From an uncultured SAR86 cluster bacterium (GTDB taxonomy: Bacteria; Pseudomonadota; Gammaproteobacteria; Magnimaribacterales; D2472), in the NCBI GenBank assembly GCA_902515775.1, contig CABXVU010000001.1, forward strand, positions 28,366 to 92,365: 64,000 bases of DNA. Reading direction: 5' to 3'. The notes beneath the pieces are model-generated. The model was not told where the DNA came from and searched no databases. It saw nothing but the letters and a program-made list of their open reading frames with translations. Within the stretch, counting starts at the first letter, position 1. Every line of letters begins with the position of its first letter. This document shows, piece after piece, positions 47,289 through 56,767 of the stretch. The translations under genes were made by a program, and so were the position numbers.

Positions 47289-48092
47289 ATGAGTACATAC
47301 GTTATTGGTGATATACATGGTTGTTTTGATCAGTTTACAGAGTTGCTGAAAAAGATTAATTATAAAAAAGATGAAGATAAACTCATTTTATTAGGCGACT
47401 TAGTAAACAGAGGGCCAGACTCTCTTTCAGTTATTAATCATTGTATGGCTGATTCGAGCATTATCACAGTTTTGGGGAATCATGATTTATATTTGCTTTA
47501 TTTATTGAGCATAGACAAGGCTACAGGAAGCTTGAAAGAAGTTGTTGAGGCTAACAGAAATAAACAAATTTTTAAATGGCTCCTAAAAATGCCTCTTATG
47601 TTAGAGATTGTTGATGAGTTTACTGGAAATTCTTTTCTTATTGCACATGCCGGCATTCCTGAAATATGGTCACCTGAAAAAACTAAGAAACTTGCCTCTG
47701 AAGTGACTTCATTGCTTCAAAAGAACCCTTTGAAAGTTCTGCAGTCAATGTGGGGAGATAATCCCAATCAATGGAATGAAGAATTGGTTAATGATGAAAG
47801 ATGCAGGATTATTATTAATTATCTGACAAGAATGAGATTTGTAGATAAAAATTGCAAGTTAGATCTAAAAAATAATACTGTTAAAGCTTCTGCTGGCTTC
47901 AAACCATGGTTCAAATATAGCTCTAAAGTTCATGAAGAGAAGAAACAATATTATGTATTTGGTCATTGGGCAGCATTAAATGGCCAAACAGATGATCCAC
48001 ATTTCATTGCACTTGATACTGGTTGTGTCTGGAAAGGCAAACTTACTGCACTAAGGTTAAACGACCTAGAAAAAATATCGGTGGACTTCTAA
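47289..48092 (+). CDS. apaH: bis(5'-nucleosyl)-tetraphosphatase (symmetrical)
   Basis: YVIGDIHGCFDQF, GDLVNRGPDS, GNHD and GHWA metallophosphoesterase motifs. Confidence 0.9.
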   Translation: MSTYVIGDIHGCFDQFTELLKKINYKKDEDKLILLGDLVNRGPDSLSVINHCMADSSIITVLGNHDLYLLYLLSIDKATGSLKEVVEANRNKQIFKWLLKMPLMLEIVDEFTGNSFLIAHAGIPEIWSPEKTKKLASEVTSLLQKNPLKVLQSMWGDNPNQWNEELVNDERCRIIINYLTRMRFVDKNCKLDLKNNTVKASAGFKPWFKYSSKVHEEKKQYYVFGHWAALNGQTDDPHFIALDTGCVWKGKLTALRLNDLEKISVDF

Positions 48093-48093
48093 C

Positions 48094-49110
48094 ATGGAAA
48101 TATTTCAAGTAGGTGGGTCAGTTAGAGATGAATTAATGGGTGTTCAGCCAAAGGATCGAGATTGGGTTGTTATTAACTCTAGTCCAGAAGAAATGGAAAA
48201 AAATGGATTTAAGCCGATTGGAAAAGATTTCCCAGTATTTTTACATCCAAATACAAATGAGGAATATGCTCTTGCAAGAACTGAAAAAAAATCTGGTGTT
48301 GGATACAAGGGCTTTGAATTTTATTTTGATTCAAATGTTACTCTTGAACAGGATCTTAAGCGTAGAGACTTTACTATTAACTCAATTGCAAAAGATAAGA
48401 ATGGTAATATTATTGATCCCTTCTATGGGCAATTAGATATAGAAAAAAAGATTTTTAGACATACTTCCTCAGCTTTTATAGAAGATCCACTTAGGGTGAT
48501 TAGATTTGCTAGGTTTAAATCATACAATCAGCTTTGTGACTTTGAGCTATGCAGTGAAACAATTGATTGTTTTAAGGAAGTTGTAAATGCCGGAGAACTA
48601 AAGGAACTTTCACCTGAAAGGGTTTGGATAGAAACAAAAAAAGCGCTTGAAAACAAACACTCAGATAAGTTCTTTGATGCAATAATTAAATATCGATTAA
48701 CTGATCCATGGTTTAAAAAATTAAATCAGGTTTCATGTGATGGTAGATCACCTGAACTAAAATGGGCAGATATTCAAAGAATTAATAATTTTCAACTATC
48801 TGAATTACTCCCCATCCCAAATTCATTCCAGAGGACTCAAGACCTTTTAAGACAGGTATTAAATTTTTTTCAATGTAAAAAAATACAAGAGAGGCTTGAG
48901 CTTATAGAAAAAATGAATATTCACAGAAATATTGAAATCTTGGAGGAAATTAAAAATTATAAGTGTTTGCAAAATAATAAAAGTTATTTAGAAGAAATAT
49001 TTAAGTCTATATTGGAGATTGATTTTTCTTGTCTTGCTGATATTCCTGCTTCAGAAGTTTCCCAAAAAAAACAATTCCTTTATCATGAAACTTTGAAGGG
49101 AATCTTATGA
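48094..49110 (+). CDS. cca: CCA-adding tRNA nucleotidyltransferase, short form without recognisable HD domain
   Basis: The first ~210 aa are colinear with recalled E. coli Cca: VGGSVRDELMG..KDRDWVV, GKDFPVFLHP, EYALARTEKKSG.GY.GF, RRDFTINS, EDPLRVIRFARF and PERVW. Total length is 338 aa, against 412 aa recalled for E. coli. Confidence 0.85.
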   Translation: MEIFQVGGSVRDELMGVQPKDRDWVVINSSPEEMEKNGFKPIGKDFPVFLHPNTNEEYALARTEKKSGVGYKGFEFYFDSNVTLEQDLKRRDFTINSIAKDKNGNIIDPFYGQLDIEKKIFRHTSSAFIEDPLRVIRFARFKSYNQLCDFELCSETIDCFKEVVNAGELKELSPERVWIETKKALENKHSDKFFDAIIKYRLTDPWFKKLNQVSCDGRSPELKWADIQRINNFQLSELLPIPNSFQRTQDLLRQVLNFFQCKKIQERLELIEKMNIHRNIEILEEIKNYKCLQNNKSYLEEIFKSILEIDFSCLADIPASEVSQKKQFLYHETLKGIL

Positions 49111-49832
49111 ATAAAACTATTTTAATTACTGGTGCTGCAAAGCGAGTTGGGAAAGAAATGGCACTATCATTTTTTAAAAAAGGTTGGAATATTATTATTC
49201 ATTACAATCGCTCAATCAAAGATGCTCAATCTTTAGCTGATGAGATGAATGCGAAAAGAGAGGATAGCGCTTTTATAATTCAAGGAAATCTTGATAACGC
49301 AGATGATGTTTTAAGACTCGCAGAAACATCACTTTCATTGGGTGGGAGTATTGATGGATTAATAAATAATGCATCAACATTTTATCCAACCCCAATGGGA
49401 TCTTTATCTCAAGAACACTGGGACGCTTTAATGGGAAGCAATTTGAAGGCTCCTCTTTTCTTAATCCAGTCCTTGTGTGACTCACTGAAAAAGAATAAGG
49501 GTTTTATTATTAATATTACTGATATTAATGTTAACAGAGCCTTAATAAACCATTCGATTTATCTTGCAGCAAAATCAGGGCTTCAAACAATCACACAATC
49601 ATTAGCCAAAGAGTTAGCTCCAGATATCAGAGTCAATGCAATTGCTCCAGGAGCTATTCTTGAGCCACCAGATGTTACTTGGACAAAAGAACAAAAAGAT
49701 AACATTATTAAATTAATACCAATGTCTAGGATGGGGAACGAAAAAGATATTGCAGATGCTGCAATATATTTATCTGAAGCTGAGTACGTAACTGGACAAA
49801 TATTAAATGTAGATGGAGGTAAATCTCTTTAA
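49107..49832 (+). CDS. folM: SDR-family pteridine reductase / dihydromonapterin reductase-like
   Basis: ILITGAAKRVGKEMAL, IIHYNRS, NNAS and YLAAK. Located within a folate-gene neighbourhood (folB, folK). Confidence 0.6.
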   Translation: MNKTILITGAAKRVGKEMALSFFKKGWNIIIHYNRSIKDAQSLADEMNAKREDSAFIIQGNLDNADDVLRLAETSLSLGGSIDGLINNASTFYPTPMGSLSQEHWDALMGSNLKAPLFLIQSLCDSLKKNKGFIINITDINVNRALINHSIYLAAKSGLQTITQSLAKELAPDIRVNAIAPGAILEPPDVTWTKEQKDNIIKLIPMSRMGNEKDIADAAIYLSEAEYVTGQILNVDGGKSL

Positions 49833-50905
49833 TGAGTGATATTGATATAGAGAATGCTGACAATACTTTAATTTTTTCGGGCACTAAGGAAGTTGCTGAA
49901 AACCTTAAGTTTGATGAATTAAAGCTTCAAGAATGGTTTGGAGACAATATTCCATCTGCAGGAAAGATAGATAAAGTGGTTCAGTTTAAAGGTGGACAAT
50001 CAAATCCAACCTATAAGATCTCCTCAACAAATCAGGTGTTTGTTCTGCGCAGGAAACCTCCGGGAATTTTGCTTCCATCTGCTCACGCAGTTGATAGAGA
50101 ATATAAAGTTATAACAGCTCTTCAAAATACTGAGGTGCCTGTTCCTAAAACTTATGGTTTATGTGAAGACGCAGATATTATTGGAACTCCTTTTTTTGTC
50201 ATGGATTTCCTAGACGGCACTGTTTATTGGGATCTATTATTATCAGAAAAATCTCCACAAGAAAGAATGGAGATTTATGCAAACAAAAACAAGGTTATTG
50301 CTGAATTGCATAATGTTGATTATGAGAGTGTTGGGCTATCTGATTATGGTAAACCTGGAAATTACATCGCTAGACAGGTTTCAAGATGGACAAAGCAATA
50401 TTTAGCATCTGAAACTAAGAACATTCCGGCTATGAATAATCTAATCGATTGGTTGCCACCAAATATTCCTGATGAAGATGAAACATCGATCGTTCATGGT
50501 GACTACAGGCTTGATAACATGGTCTTTTGTTCAAACAATAATGTTATGGGTGTGCTTGATTGGGAGCTGTCAACACTTGGACATCCTATTGCTGATTTTA
50601 ATTATCATTGCATTAGTTGGAAAAACATACCCCAATTAGCTGATCAAAAGTTTTGTAATGAAAATGGTATACCCACTGAAGAGGAATATAGAAACATGTA
50701 TTCAAGATGCACCGGTAAAAAGCTAGATGAGAACTGGGAGTTCTATACTATATTTAATATTTTCAAACTTGCAGGAATTCTTCAAGGCATTATGGGTAGG
50801 GTGAGAGATGGAACGGCAGCAAGCAAACATGCAGAGGAACGGGGTAATCAAGTTGCTCCATTAGCAGAAGCTGCATGGGATTTAGTTGAAAAGCACTACA
50901 AATAA
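49832..50905 (+). CDS. phosphotransferase family protein (APH/ChoK-like kinase, ACAD10/11 N-terminal-domain type)
   Basis: QFKGGQSNPTYKI, the catalytic loop HGDYRLDNMVF, and VLDWELSTLGHP. Confidence 0.75.
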   Translation: MSDIDIENADNTLIFSGTKEVAENLKFDELKLQEWFGDNIPSAGKIDKVVQFKGGQSNPTYKISSTNQVFVLRRKPPGILLPSAHAVDREYKVITALQNTEVPVPKTYGLCEDADIIGTPFFVMDFLDGTVYWDLLLSEKSPQERMEIYANKNKVIAELHNVDYESVGLSDYGKPGNYIARQVSRWTKQYLASETKNIPAMNNLIDWLPPNIPDEDETSIVHGDYRLDNMVFCSNNNVMGVLDWELSTLGHPIADFNYHCISWKNIPQLADQKFCNENGIPTEEEYRNMYSRCTGKKLDENWEFYTIFNIFKLAGILQGIMGRVRDGTAASKHAEERGNQVAPLAEAAWDLVEKHYK

Positions 50906-50907
50906 AT

Positions 50908-51285
50908 CTATAGCAGTTCCTTTAAAGGCTCAGAAACAAAACTATATTTAGCTATTTCATCGCTCTCAAAGAGTATCTCCTCTTCATCATTTATTTGTAA
51001 AACTATATCTATATCAAGAGTTCTTGCAGAAAATTTGGGAGCCTCTCTATCACGGCCGGCTTTATCTTCAATAGATTTAAGCTTTTTATTAAGAGATTCA
51101 AAAGATAAAGGAGAATTTCCGGAAATAACAAGATTTAAGAAGTCTTCACCCTCAAAGCCCTCTGCTATTGTCTGATGCGTTGAAGAGCAATTCATTTCAT
51201 TGAGTAGCGCACCAAGTGCACTTATGGCTAAATCTAAATTTTTTCTAGGTTCAATATTGCTTCCAAGGGAAAGAAAATACTTCAT
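50908..51285 (-). CDS. folK: 2-amino-4-hydroxy-6-hydroxymethyldihydropteridine diphosphokinase (short, divergent)
   Basis: YFLSLGSNIEP, DFLNLV and GRDRE....ARTLDIDIVL match HPPK motifs. Only 125 aa. Lies directly downstream of folB. Confidence 0.7.
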   Translation of the reverse strand: MKYFLSLGSNIEPRKNLDLAISALGALLNEMNCSSTHQTIAEGFEGEDFLNLVISGNSPLSFESLNKKLKSIEDKAGRDREAPKFSARTLDIDIVLQINDEEEILFESDEIAKYSFVSEPLKELL

Positions 51286-51632
51286 TATCTATAAATTATA
51301 ACTCCAACGTCTTCAGCATATCGTAACGCGCCTGGTTTTGAGACCCTCAGCTTGATAGATGAACTTTTGTATTCATTCTTCACTAGTTTAGCAATTCCCT
51401 CTGCTAAAGATTCTTGAAGCTGAAATGAAGATCCCTCAACAAACTTGATAATATTTTTTGTAATCTTTTTATAATCAATGGTATCTTCTATAGAGTCAGT
51501 TTTTGCAGCTTTTTTGCAATCAAAAGAAATTTCTAAATCAATGCTTACTTCTTGTCTTACCTCCCTCTCCCATCCAAAGATCCCAATAATCGTTTGAACT
51601 CTTAAATCTTTTATATAGATAATGTCTTTCAT
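51285..51632 (-). CDS. folB: dihydroneopterin aldolase
   Basis: DIIYIKDLRVQTIIGIFGWEREVRQEVSIDLEI and TIDYKKI. Confidence 0.88.
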   Translation of the reverse strand: MKDIIYIKDLRVQTIIGIFGWEREVRQEVSIDLEISFDCKKAAKTDSIEDTIDYKKITKNIIKFVEGSSFQLQESLAEGIAKLVKNEYKSSSIKLRVSKPGALRYAEDVGVIIYR

Positions 51633-51633
51633 T

Positions 51634-52632
51634 TTATTTTGTTTCTAATTGCCAACGCGGCCTAGCATGAGAGTTTAGTTTATAAGTTGCTTCCTTAGCT
51701 TTAAGACTGCCTAAGTATGCAATCATTGCGGCATTATCTGTGCAATGTGCTATTGGTGGATATAAAACCTTAATTTTTAATGATTCTTGCAGGTTAGTCA
51801 TCTTTTCTCTTAAAAGTTTATTCGCTGCAACACCTCCTGCTAAGATAATTCCCTCTCTTCCAGTATCCTCAAGCGCTTTAGATATCTTTTTTGTTAATAC
51901 TTCAGTAGCTGCATGCTGAAATGATGCACATATATCTGCTTTTATTTGATCAGTCATTTTATCTAAATCTTGAACAGCATATAGCACTGCGGTTTTCAAA
52001 CCACTAAAACTAAAATCATAATCGTTACTATTTAACATTGGTTGGGGAAAAGAGAATTTCTTTGGATCTCCTTTATATGACATCTTCTCTATTTCTGGTC
52101 CACCTGGATAACCTAAGCCAAGAAGCTTAGCAACTTTATCAAATGCCTCACCAACCGCATCATCTCTGGATTGGCCAAGGATTTTGTAATCATCTAGATT
52201 TCGTACATCAACAATTAATGAGTGCCCTCCAGAGACTAGAAGTGTTAAAAAAGGAAAATCTAATTTATCGCCACCTAAAAATGGTGCAACTAAATGGCCC
52301 TCTAGATGGTTAACAGGTATTAATGGTTTTTTTAAGGAAAGAGCAAGGCCCTGAGCAAAATTTTCTCCAATAAGCAATGTGCCTAGTAAACCTGGTCCTG
52401 CTGTGTAAGCAATTTGATCAATTGAGCTAAGAGAAATATCTCCTAATGCTTGTCTGAAAATATAAATTATCTTTTGACAATGATCTCGGGAAGCTAGCTC
52501 AGGAATAACTCCACCATATTCAGCATGAATATCTATTTGAGAAAAAACTGCTTCTCCAATTAAGCCTTTGTCGGAATCAAACAAAGCAATTGCAGTCTCA
52601 TCACATGACGTTTCAATACCTAATGTAATCAT
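51634..52632 (-). CDS. tsaD: tRNA N6-adenosine threonylcarbamoyltransferase
   Basis: MITLGIETSCDETAIALF N-terminus (ATG at 52632), HLEGH, LLVSGGHS and GGVAAN. The track ORF start at 52680 is an ATT 16 codons upstream. Confidence 0.95.
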   Translation of the reverse strand: MITLGIETSCDETAIALFDSDKGLIGEAVFSQIDIHAEYGGVIPELASRDHCQKIIYIFRQALGDISLSSIDQIAYTAGPGLLGTLLIGENFAQGLALSLKKPLIPVNHLEGHLVAPFLGGDKLDFPFLTLLVSGGHSLIVDVRNLDDYKILGQSRDDAVGEAFDKVAKLLGLGYPGGPEIEKMSYKGDPKKFSFPQPMLNSNDYDFSFSGLKTAVLYAVQDLDKMTDQIKADICASFQHAATEVLTKKISKALEDTGREGIILAGGVAANKLLREKMTNLQESLKIKVLYPPIAHCTDNAAMIAYLGSLKAKEATYKLNSHARPRWQLETK

Positions 52633-52682
52633 AAAAAGTTTTTTGCATTCCCTCAATAAAAAGAATAAACTACAACGCAATT

Positions 52683-52901
52683 ATGCCTTCTATAATAATA
52701 AAAGAAACAGAATACTTCGACGTTGGTCTTAGAAAATTTAAGCGTGCTTGTGAAAAAGCTGCAATTGTTCCTGAAATTCGTGCAAGAGAATTTTATGAAA
52801 AGCCTACAGCTGTAAGAAAGAGAAAAATGGCTGCTGCAATCAAGCGTGCTCATAAGACCAATAGAAAATTTAGTTTCTCAAGGCAAAGATCATATCGCTG
52901 A
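52683..52901 (+). CDS. rpsU: 30S ribosomal protein S21
   Basis: [42 protein letters not shown] matches E. coli S21 closely. Divergent from tsaD, as in E. coli. Confidence 0.95.
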   Translation: MPSIIIKETEYFDVGLRKFKRACEKAAIVPEIRAREFYEKPTAVRKRKMAAAIKRAHKTNRKFSFSRQRSYR

Positions 52902-52902
52902 T

Positions 52903-53346
52903 TTGTCCCTTCTAGATACAATTAATCAAGATTTAAAAGCTGCAATGCTCAGCAAAGACGTAATAGTGCGTGATACCTTGCGAATGTTGATTGCAGATAT
53001 TAAAAGATTTGAGATCGATGAGAGAGTTGAGGCTGATGATACAAAAGTATCTGATTTGATAAATAAAAATGTTAAGCAACGAAGGGATTCTATAGCTCAA
53101 TTTAAGAGTGGCGGAAGAGAAGATTTAGTTGCGACTGAAGAAGAGCAGCTCAACGTAATTTTAAAATATTTACCAGAGCAGTTATCAGAAAAGGAAATAC
53201 AAGAACTGGTTCAGGATGGAATTGCTGCTGTTTCAGCTGAAAGCATGAAAGATATGGGCAAGCTTATGGGTCATCTGAAACCAATTTTTGAAGGAAAAGC
53301 CGACATGTCGATTGTCAGCAAATTGGTAAAAGAACTTCTAAGTTAA
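52903..53346 (+). CDS. GatB/YqeY domain-containing protein
   Basis: (M)SLLDTINQDLKAAMLSKD..RDTLRML.ADIK ... YLPEQLSE.E ... DMGKLMG matches the YqeY pattern. A TTG at 52903 lies 1 nt after the rpsU stop and gives a typical ~147 aa length. The track ORF start at 52846 overlaps rpsU. Confidence 0.8.
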   Translation: MSLLDTINQDLKAAMLSKDVIVRDTLRMLIADIKRFEIDERVEADDTKVSDLINKNVKQRRDSIAQFKSGGREDLVATEEEQLNVILKYLPEQLSEKEIQELVQDGIAAVSAESMKDMGKLMGHLKPIFEGKADMSIVSKLVKELLS

Positions 53347-53353
53347 ACGCCAG

Positions 53354-54598
53354 CTAATGCTTGTAGGAAGAGGGTTTGTCCTCAGTGTTGGTATACCTTT
53401 CAGTTAATTTAGATGATCGTGAGGCCAAATCATGCAATTTTCCCTCAATCATTACAATTTTAGGAAATGATGATGGCTCTAATGGGTCTCCGTCCCAGAC
53501 AATAATGTCTGCAAATTTACCAGATTCGATTGATCCTCTGTTACTGAGTTGGAAGGTTCTTGCTACTGTATTTGTCATGCCTTCTATCGCAGTTTCATAA
53601 GACATTCCATAAGCAACGGCATTTCCTGATCCCTGTCTCATAAGGTGATAGTTATGACTTCTTTGAGTGCTGAACATAATTGGAATGCCGGCCTCATCTA
53701 GAATCTTGCCAAGATTTAAGTTTGAACCCAGCTCGTCAAATGAGTTGGGTATGTTATCCATTGGATCTATTATCACAGGAGTATTACTGTTTTTAAGTTG
53801 ATCTAAAACCATCGGAGCTTCCTCGACACTTGCTAGAACTAGATTCAAGGAATACTTTTCTTTCATGGATATTGCTTGCAAGATATCTACTGCTCTATTT
53901 GTCTCCAAAACAAATGGCATGTAATCATTGACAACTTTTCCTAAGGCAATAATGTCTTCAGGCTGAAGTTCAAGTTTATCAGCTAAAGTCATTTCCAATA
54001 TTTCATCAACGGTTGAATTTTTTAACATGCTTCCTGCCTCTAGCAATGATTCAAGAATTGCAAGAGTTTCAGCTCGTGATCCATCGGAGGGCCCTAATCT
54101 TCCATACATGGCAATATCTTTTGTACCTTTTACCTGAAGACTTCCGTCAAGAACAAAATAAGAGCCTAAGCCAAAAATTGGAAAAGATGATGGGCTTGGA
54201 GTACTTATCGCACTAGTCACTCCATTGCTTCTATTCCAAGGTATGCCAGTAGAATTTGGATTGAACGCATTAAAAATACTAAATCCTGCATTTAAAATAT
54301 TTGACTCGTCATCACGAGTTACGTCAAGGGAGTTAATTTCAACTATCCCTAAATTACTCATCGGGGAAATCAATCCAGGTGTTACATGCAGCCCATTAAC
54401 TTCAATAACCCTTGTATTGCCGTCAATAATTAAGTTTTTACCTACATCAACAATTCTATTATCAGCAATTAAAATATCTGTAGTTATTGCAACCTCTCCG
54501 TTACCTTGATGAACTAAACCACCTTTAAGCAGAATTGTTTCTGATAAGACATTTGATGTAAACAGAATTAACAATATATTAATTGTGAATCTTTTCAT
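53354..54598 (-). CDS. secreted amidohydrolase-superfamily protein with degenerate metal site
   Basis: Signal peptide. Amidohydrolase N-terminal beta-sandwich (IADNRIVDVG..., VTPGLI) and C-terminal GSIESGKFADIIVWDGDP. The expected HxH is replaced by SPMSNLG. Confidence 0.75.
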   Translation of the reverse strand: MKRFTINILLILFTSNVLSETILLKGGLVHQGNGEVAITTDILIADNRIVDVGKNLIIDGNTRVIEVNGLHVTPGLISPMSNLGIVEINSLDVTRDDESNILNAGFSIFNAFNPNSTGIPWNRSNGVTSAISTPSPSSFPIFGLGSYFVLDGSLQVKGTKDIAMYGRLGPSDGSRAETLAILESLLEAGSMLKNSTVDEILEMTLADKLELQPEDIIALGKVVNDYMPFVLETNRAVDILQAISMKEKYSLNLVLASVEEAPMVLDQLKNSNTPVIIDPMDNIPNSFDELGSNLNLGKILDEAGIPIMFSTQRSHNYHLMRQGSGNAVAYGMSYETAIEGMTNTVARTFQLSNRGSIESGKFADIIVWDGDPLEPSSFPKIVMIEGKLHDLASRSSKLTERYTNTEDKPSSYKH

Positions 54599-54599
54599 G

Positions 54600-56003
54600 T
54601 TATTGGACCCTGTTTTCCTCTGGCTGGATAATTCCTAAATCAAAGTCAGTAATTGGTTGAATTTTGGGATCGTTGATATCAAATGCCAAAGCACCATCTA
54701 TCAAAACTTTTTCTGCTCTTGAATAAACGCTAAAAGGATTGCCTGACCAAAGAACTATGTCAGCATCTTTTCCAACCTCTATACTTCCGGTTTGGTCAAG
54801 TATCCCAGCAGCTTTTGCAGGATTACTCGTAATCCAACGCATTGCATGAGCTTTGGATATATTGAAGCCTGCCCTATTACCTGCAGCCATAGCCTTGGCC
54901 GCTTCTTCATTGAGGTGCTGAATTCCAACTGGATCATCAGAGTGCACAATGGCGCATCCAGTTCCATTACGAGCTTGGTCAACAATCGCAACATTCGCTT
55001 GAACCATATCATATGCCTCGTGCTTGAAGCCCCACCAATCTGCCCATAATGCTGCACAAATTCCCTCGTCAGCTAATAAATCTGCAATTTTATAAGCTTC
55101 AACTGCATGATGAAAAGCAGTAATTTTATAATCAAATTCTTTTGATAGTTCAATCATCATTGCCATTTCATCAGCACGATAACAATGATTCTGTACTAGA
55201 ATTTCACCATTTAAAACACCCATCAAAGTATCCAAAGCTAGGTCTCTTTTTGGGTGGCGATCTTCATTAGTTTCACTCATGCCGTCAGTGTATTCAACTG
55301 CATCTATCCATGCGCTTCTATAACCTGCCATATTACCCATTCTTGTTGCAGGAGATTGCCTACGGCTACCATAAACTCTTTTTGGATTTTCGCCACAAGC
55401 CATTTTTAACGAATGCGGTGCTCCAGGAAATTTCATCGCCTGAATGGTATTTTGAGAAATATTTTTAAAAGTTGCACCTCTGCCTCCAAATAAATTTGCA
55501 GATCCAGGCAAAACATGAAAAGTAGTAACTCCTCCTTTAAGTGCTAAAGCAAATTGAGGATCCTGAGTCCACAGTGAATGCTCAGCCCAAACCTCAGCTG
55601 TCACAGGAGAAGTTGCTTCATTTCCATCAGAACTAGTAGATACTCCTGGTGCAGAATAAACTCCCATGTGCGAATGAATGTCAATAATTCCTGGGGTTAT
55701 CCACTTGTCTACTGCATCCACAACCATGACTCCAGGAGCGGAGATAGATTTACTAATCTCCTTAATGGATCCATCTGAAAGCAATAAATCATAATTTAAA
55801 AATTCACCGCCAAGACCATCATATATATTAGCTGACCTAAAAAGAATTGGTTGAGAGTACATCGGCACATATGTTGACTCGAATGCGTTATCAATTCCTT
55901 GATGTGCATAGTCTGATGATCCAAATGAAACATCGATATCAAAACTTTCAGAGCAACCTACTAAGATGATAAGTAATAAAGATAAAAATAATTTATATGT
56001 CAT
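54600..56003 (-). CDS. amidohydrolase-superfamily lipoprotein (imidazolonepropionase-related / COG1228-type)
   Basis: Lipobox LVGC. ITPGIIDIHSHMG (HxH intact), HCYRADE, FHHAVEA, VHSDDP and GSIEVGKDADIVLW. Confidence 0.8.
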   Translation of the reverse strand: MTYKLFLSLLLIILVGCSESFDIDVSFGSSDYAHQGIDNAFESTYVPMYSQPILFRSANIYDGLGGEFLNYDLLLSDGSIKEISKSISAPGVMVVDAVDKWITPGIIDIHSHMGVYSAPGVSTSSDGNEATSPVTAEVWAEHSLWTQDPQFALALKGGVTTFHVLPGSANLFGGRGATFKNISQNTIQAMKFPGAPHSLKMACGENPKRVYGSRRQSPATRMGNMAGYRSAWIDAVEYTDGMSETNEDRHPKRDLALDTLMGVLNGEILVQNHCYRADEMAMMIELSKEFDYKITAFHHAVEAYKIADLLADEGICAALWADWWGFKHEAYDMVQANVAIVDQARNGTGCAIVHSDDPVGIQHLNEEAAKAMAAGNRAGFNISKAHAMRWITSNPAKAAGILDQTGSIEVGKDADIVLWSGNPFSVYSRAEKVLIDGALAFDINDPKIQPITDFDLGIIQPEENRVQ

Positions 56004-56062
56004 AGTAGATTTTCCTCTTCATAAAAAGATTATAGGACCATTTATAGAGATATAATATTTAA

Positions 56063-56767
56063 ATGACAAGAAAAAATAATAGGTCAAACGTTGAAATGAG
56101 GCCTCTAGAAATTAAGGTTGGAGTGAATAAACATGCTGAAGGATCTGCCCTAATAAAATTTGGAGATACACATGTTATCTGTACCGCAAGTATTGAGAAC
56201 CATGTTCCTAGATGGATGCGAGGATCAAATGAGGGCTGGATCACTGCAGAGTATGGCATGCTGCCACGCTCAACTCATGAAAGAATGAATCGAGAGGCTG
56301 CTAGAGGAAAACAAAGTGGCAGAACAATGGAAATTCAAAGACTAATAGGCAGATCATTAAGGCAGGCTGTTGATTTAAAATATTTAAAAGAAAAAACAAT
56401 TAATATAGATTGCGATGTAATACAGGCAGATGGAGGAACAAGAACTGCGTCCATATCTGGTGCTTGCGTTGCATTATTTGCTGCCATCAAAAACTCACAT
56501 GATGATCAAAGAGCAATCAAAGAGCATGTTGCAGCAATTTCTATTGGATTAAAAGATGGCTCTCCTCTTTTGGATTTAGATTATGATGAGGATAGCTCTG
56601 CAGAGACAGATTTAAATGTTGTTATGACCGAAAGTGGTGGCATCATAGAAATTCAAGGCACAGCCGAAAAATATCCTTTTACCAAGGAACAACTTGACGA
56701 AATGATTGAATCCGCCTCAGATGGCATTGCAAATATAATAGCTCTCCAAAAATCATGTCTGGCCTAA
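56063..56767 (+). CDS. rph: ribonuclease PH
   Basis: [41 protein letters not shown] and [16 protein letters not shown]. Confidence 0.95.
   Translation: MTRKNNRSNVEMRPLEIKVGVNKHAEGSALIKFGDTHVICTASIENHVPRWMRGSNEGWITAEYGMLPRSTHERMNREAARGKQSGRTMEIQRLIGRSLRQAVDLKYLKEKTINIDCDVIQADGGTRTASISGACVALFAAIKNSHDDQRAIKEHVAAISIGLKDGSPLLDLDYDEDSSAETDLNVVMTESGGIIEIQGTAEKYPFTKEQLDEMIESASDGIANIIALQKSCLA

Noticed and set aside
52632-52680. A 16-codon N-terminal extension of tsaD ([16 protein letters not shown]) in the ORF track. Similar long N-terminal extensions appear for the DUF192 gene (to 38215), yqeY (from 52846), ruvX (to 26762) and the HCCA-isomerase-like gene (from 41328).
   Set aside because: The extensions begin at rare starts (ATT, TTG or GTG), precede well-conserved family N-termini, and would overlap neighbouring genes or their ribosome-binding sites.
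52653-52853. A 66-aa minus-strand ORF spanning the tsaD/rpsU divergent region.
   Set aside because: It lies antisense to the highly conserved rpsU coding sequence and has implausible composition.
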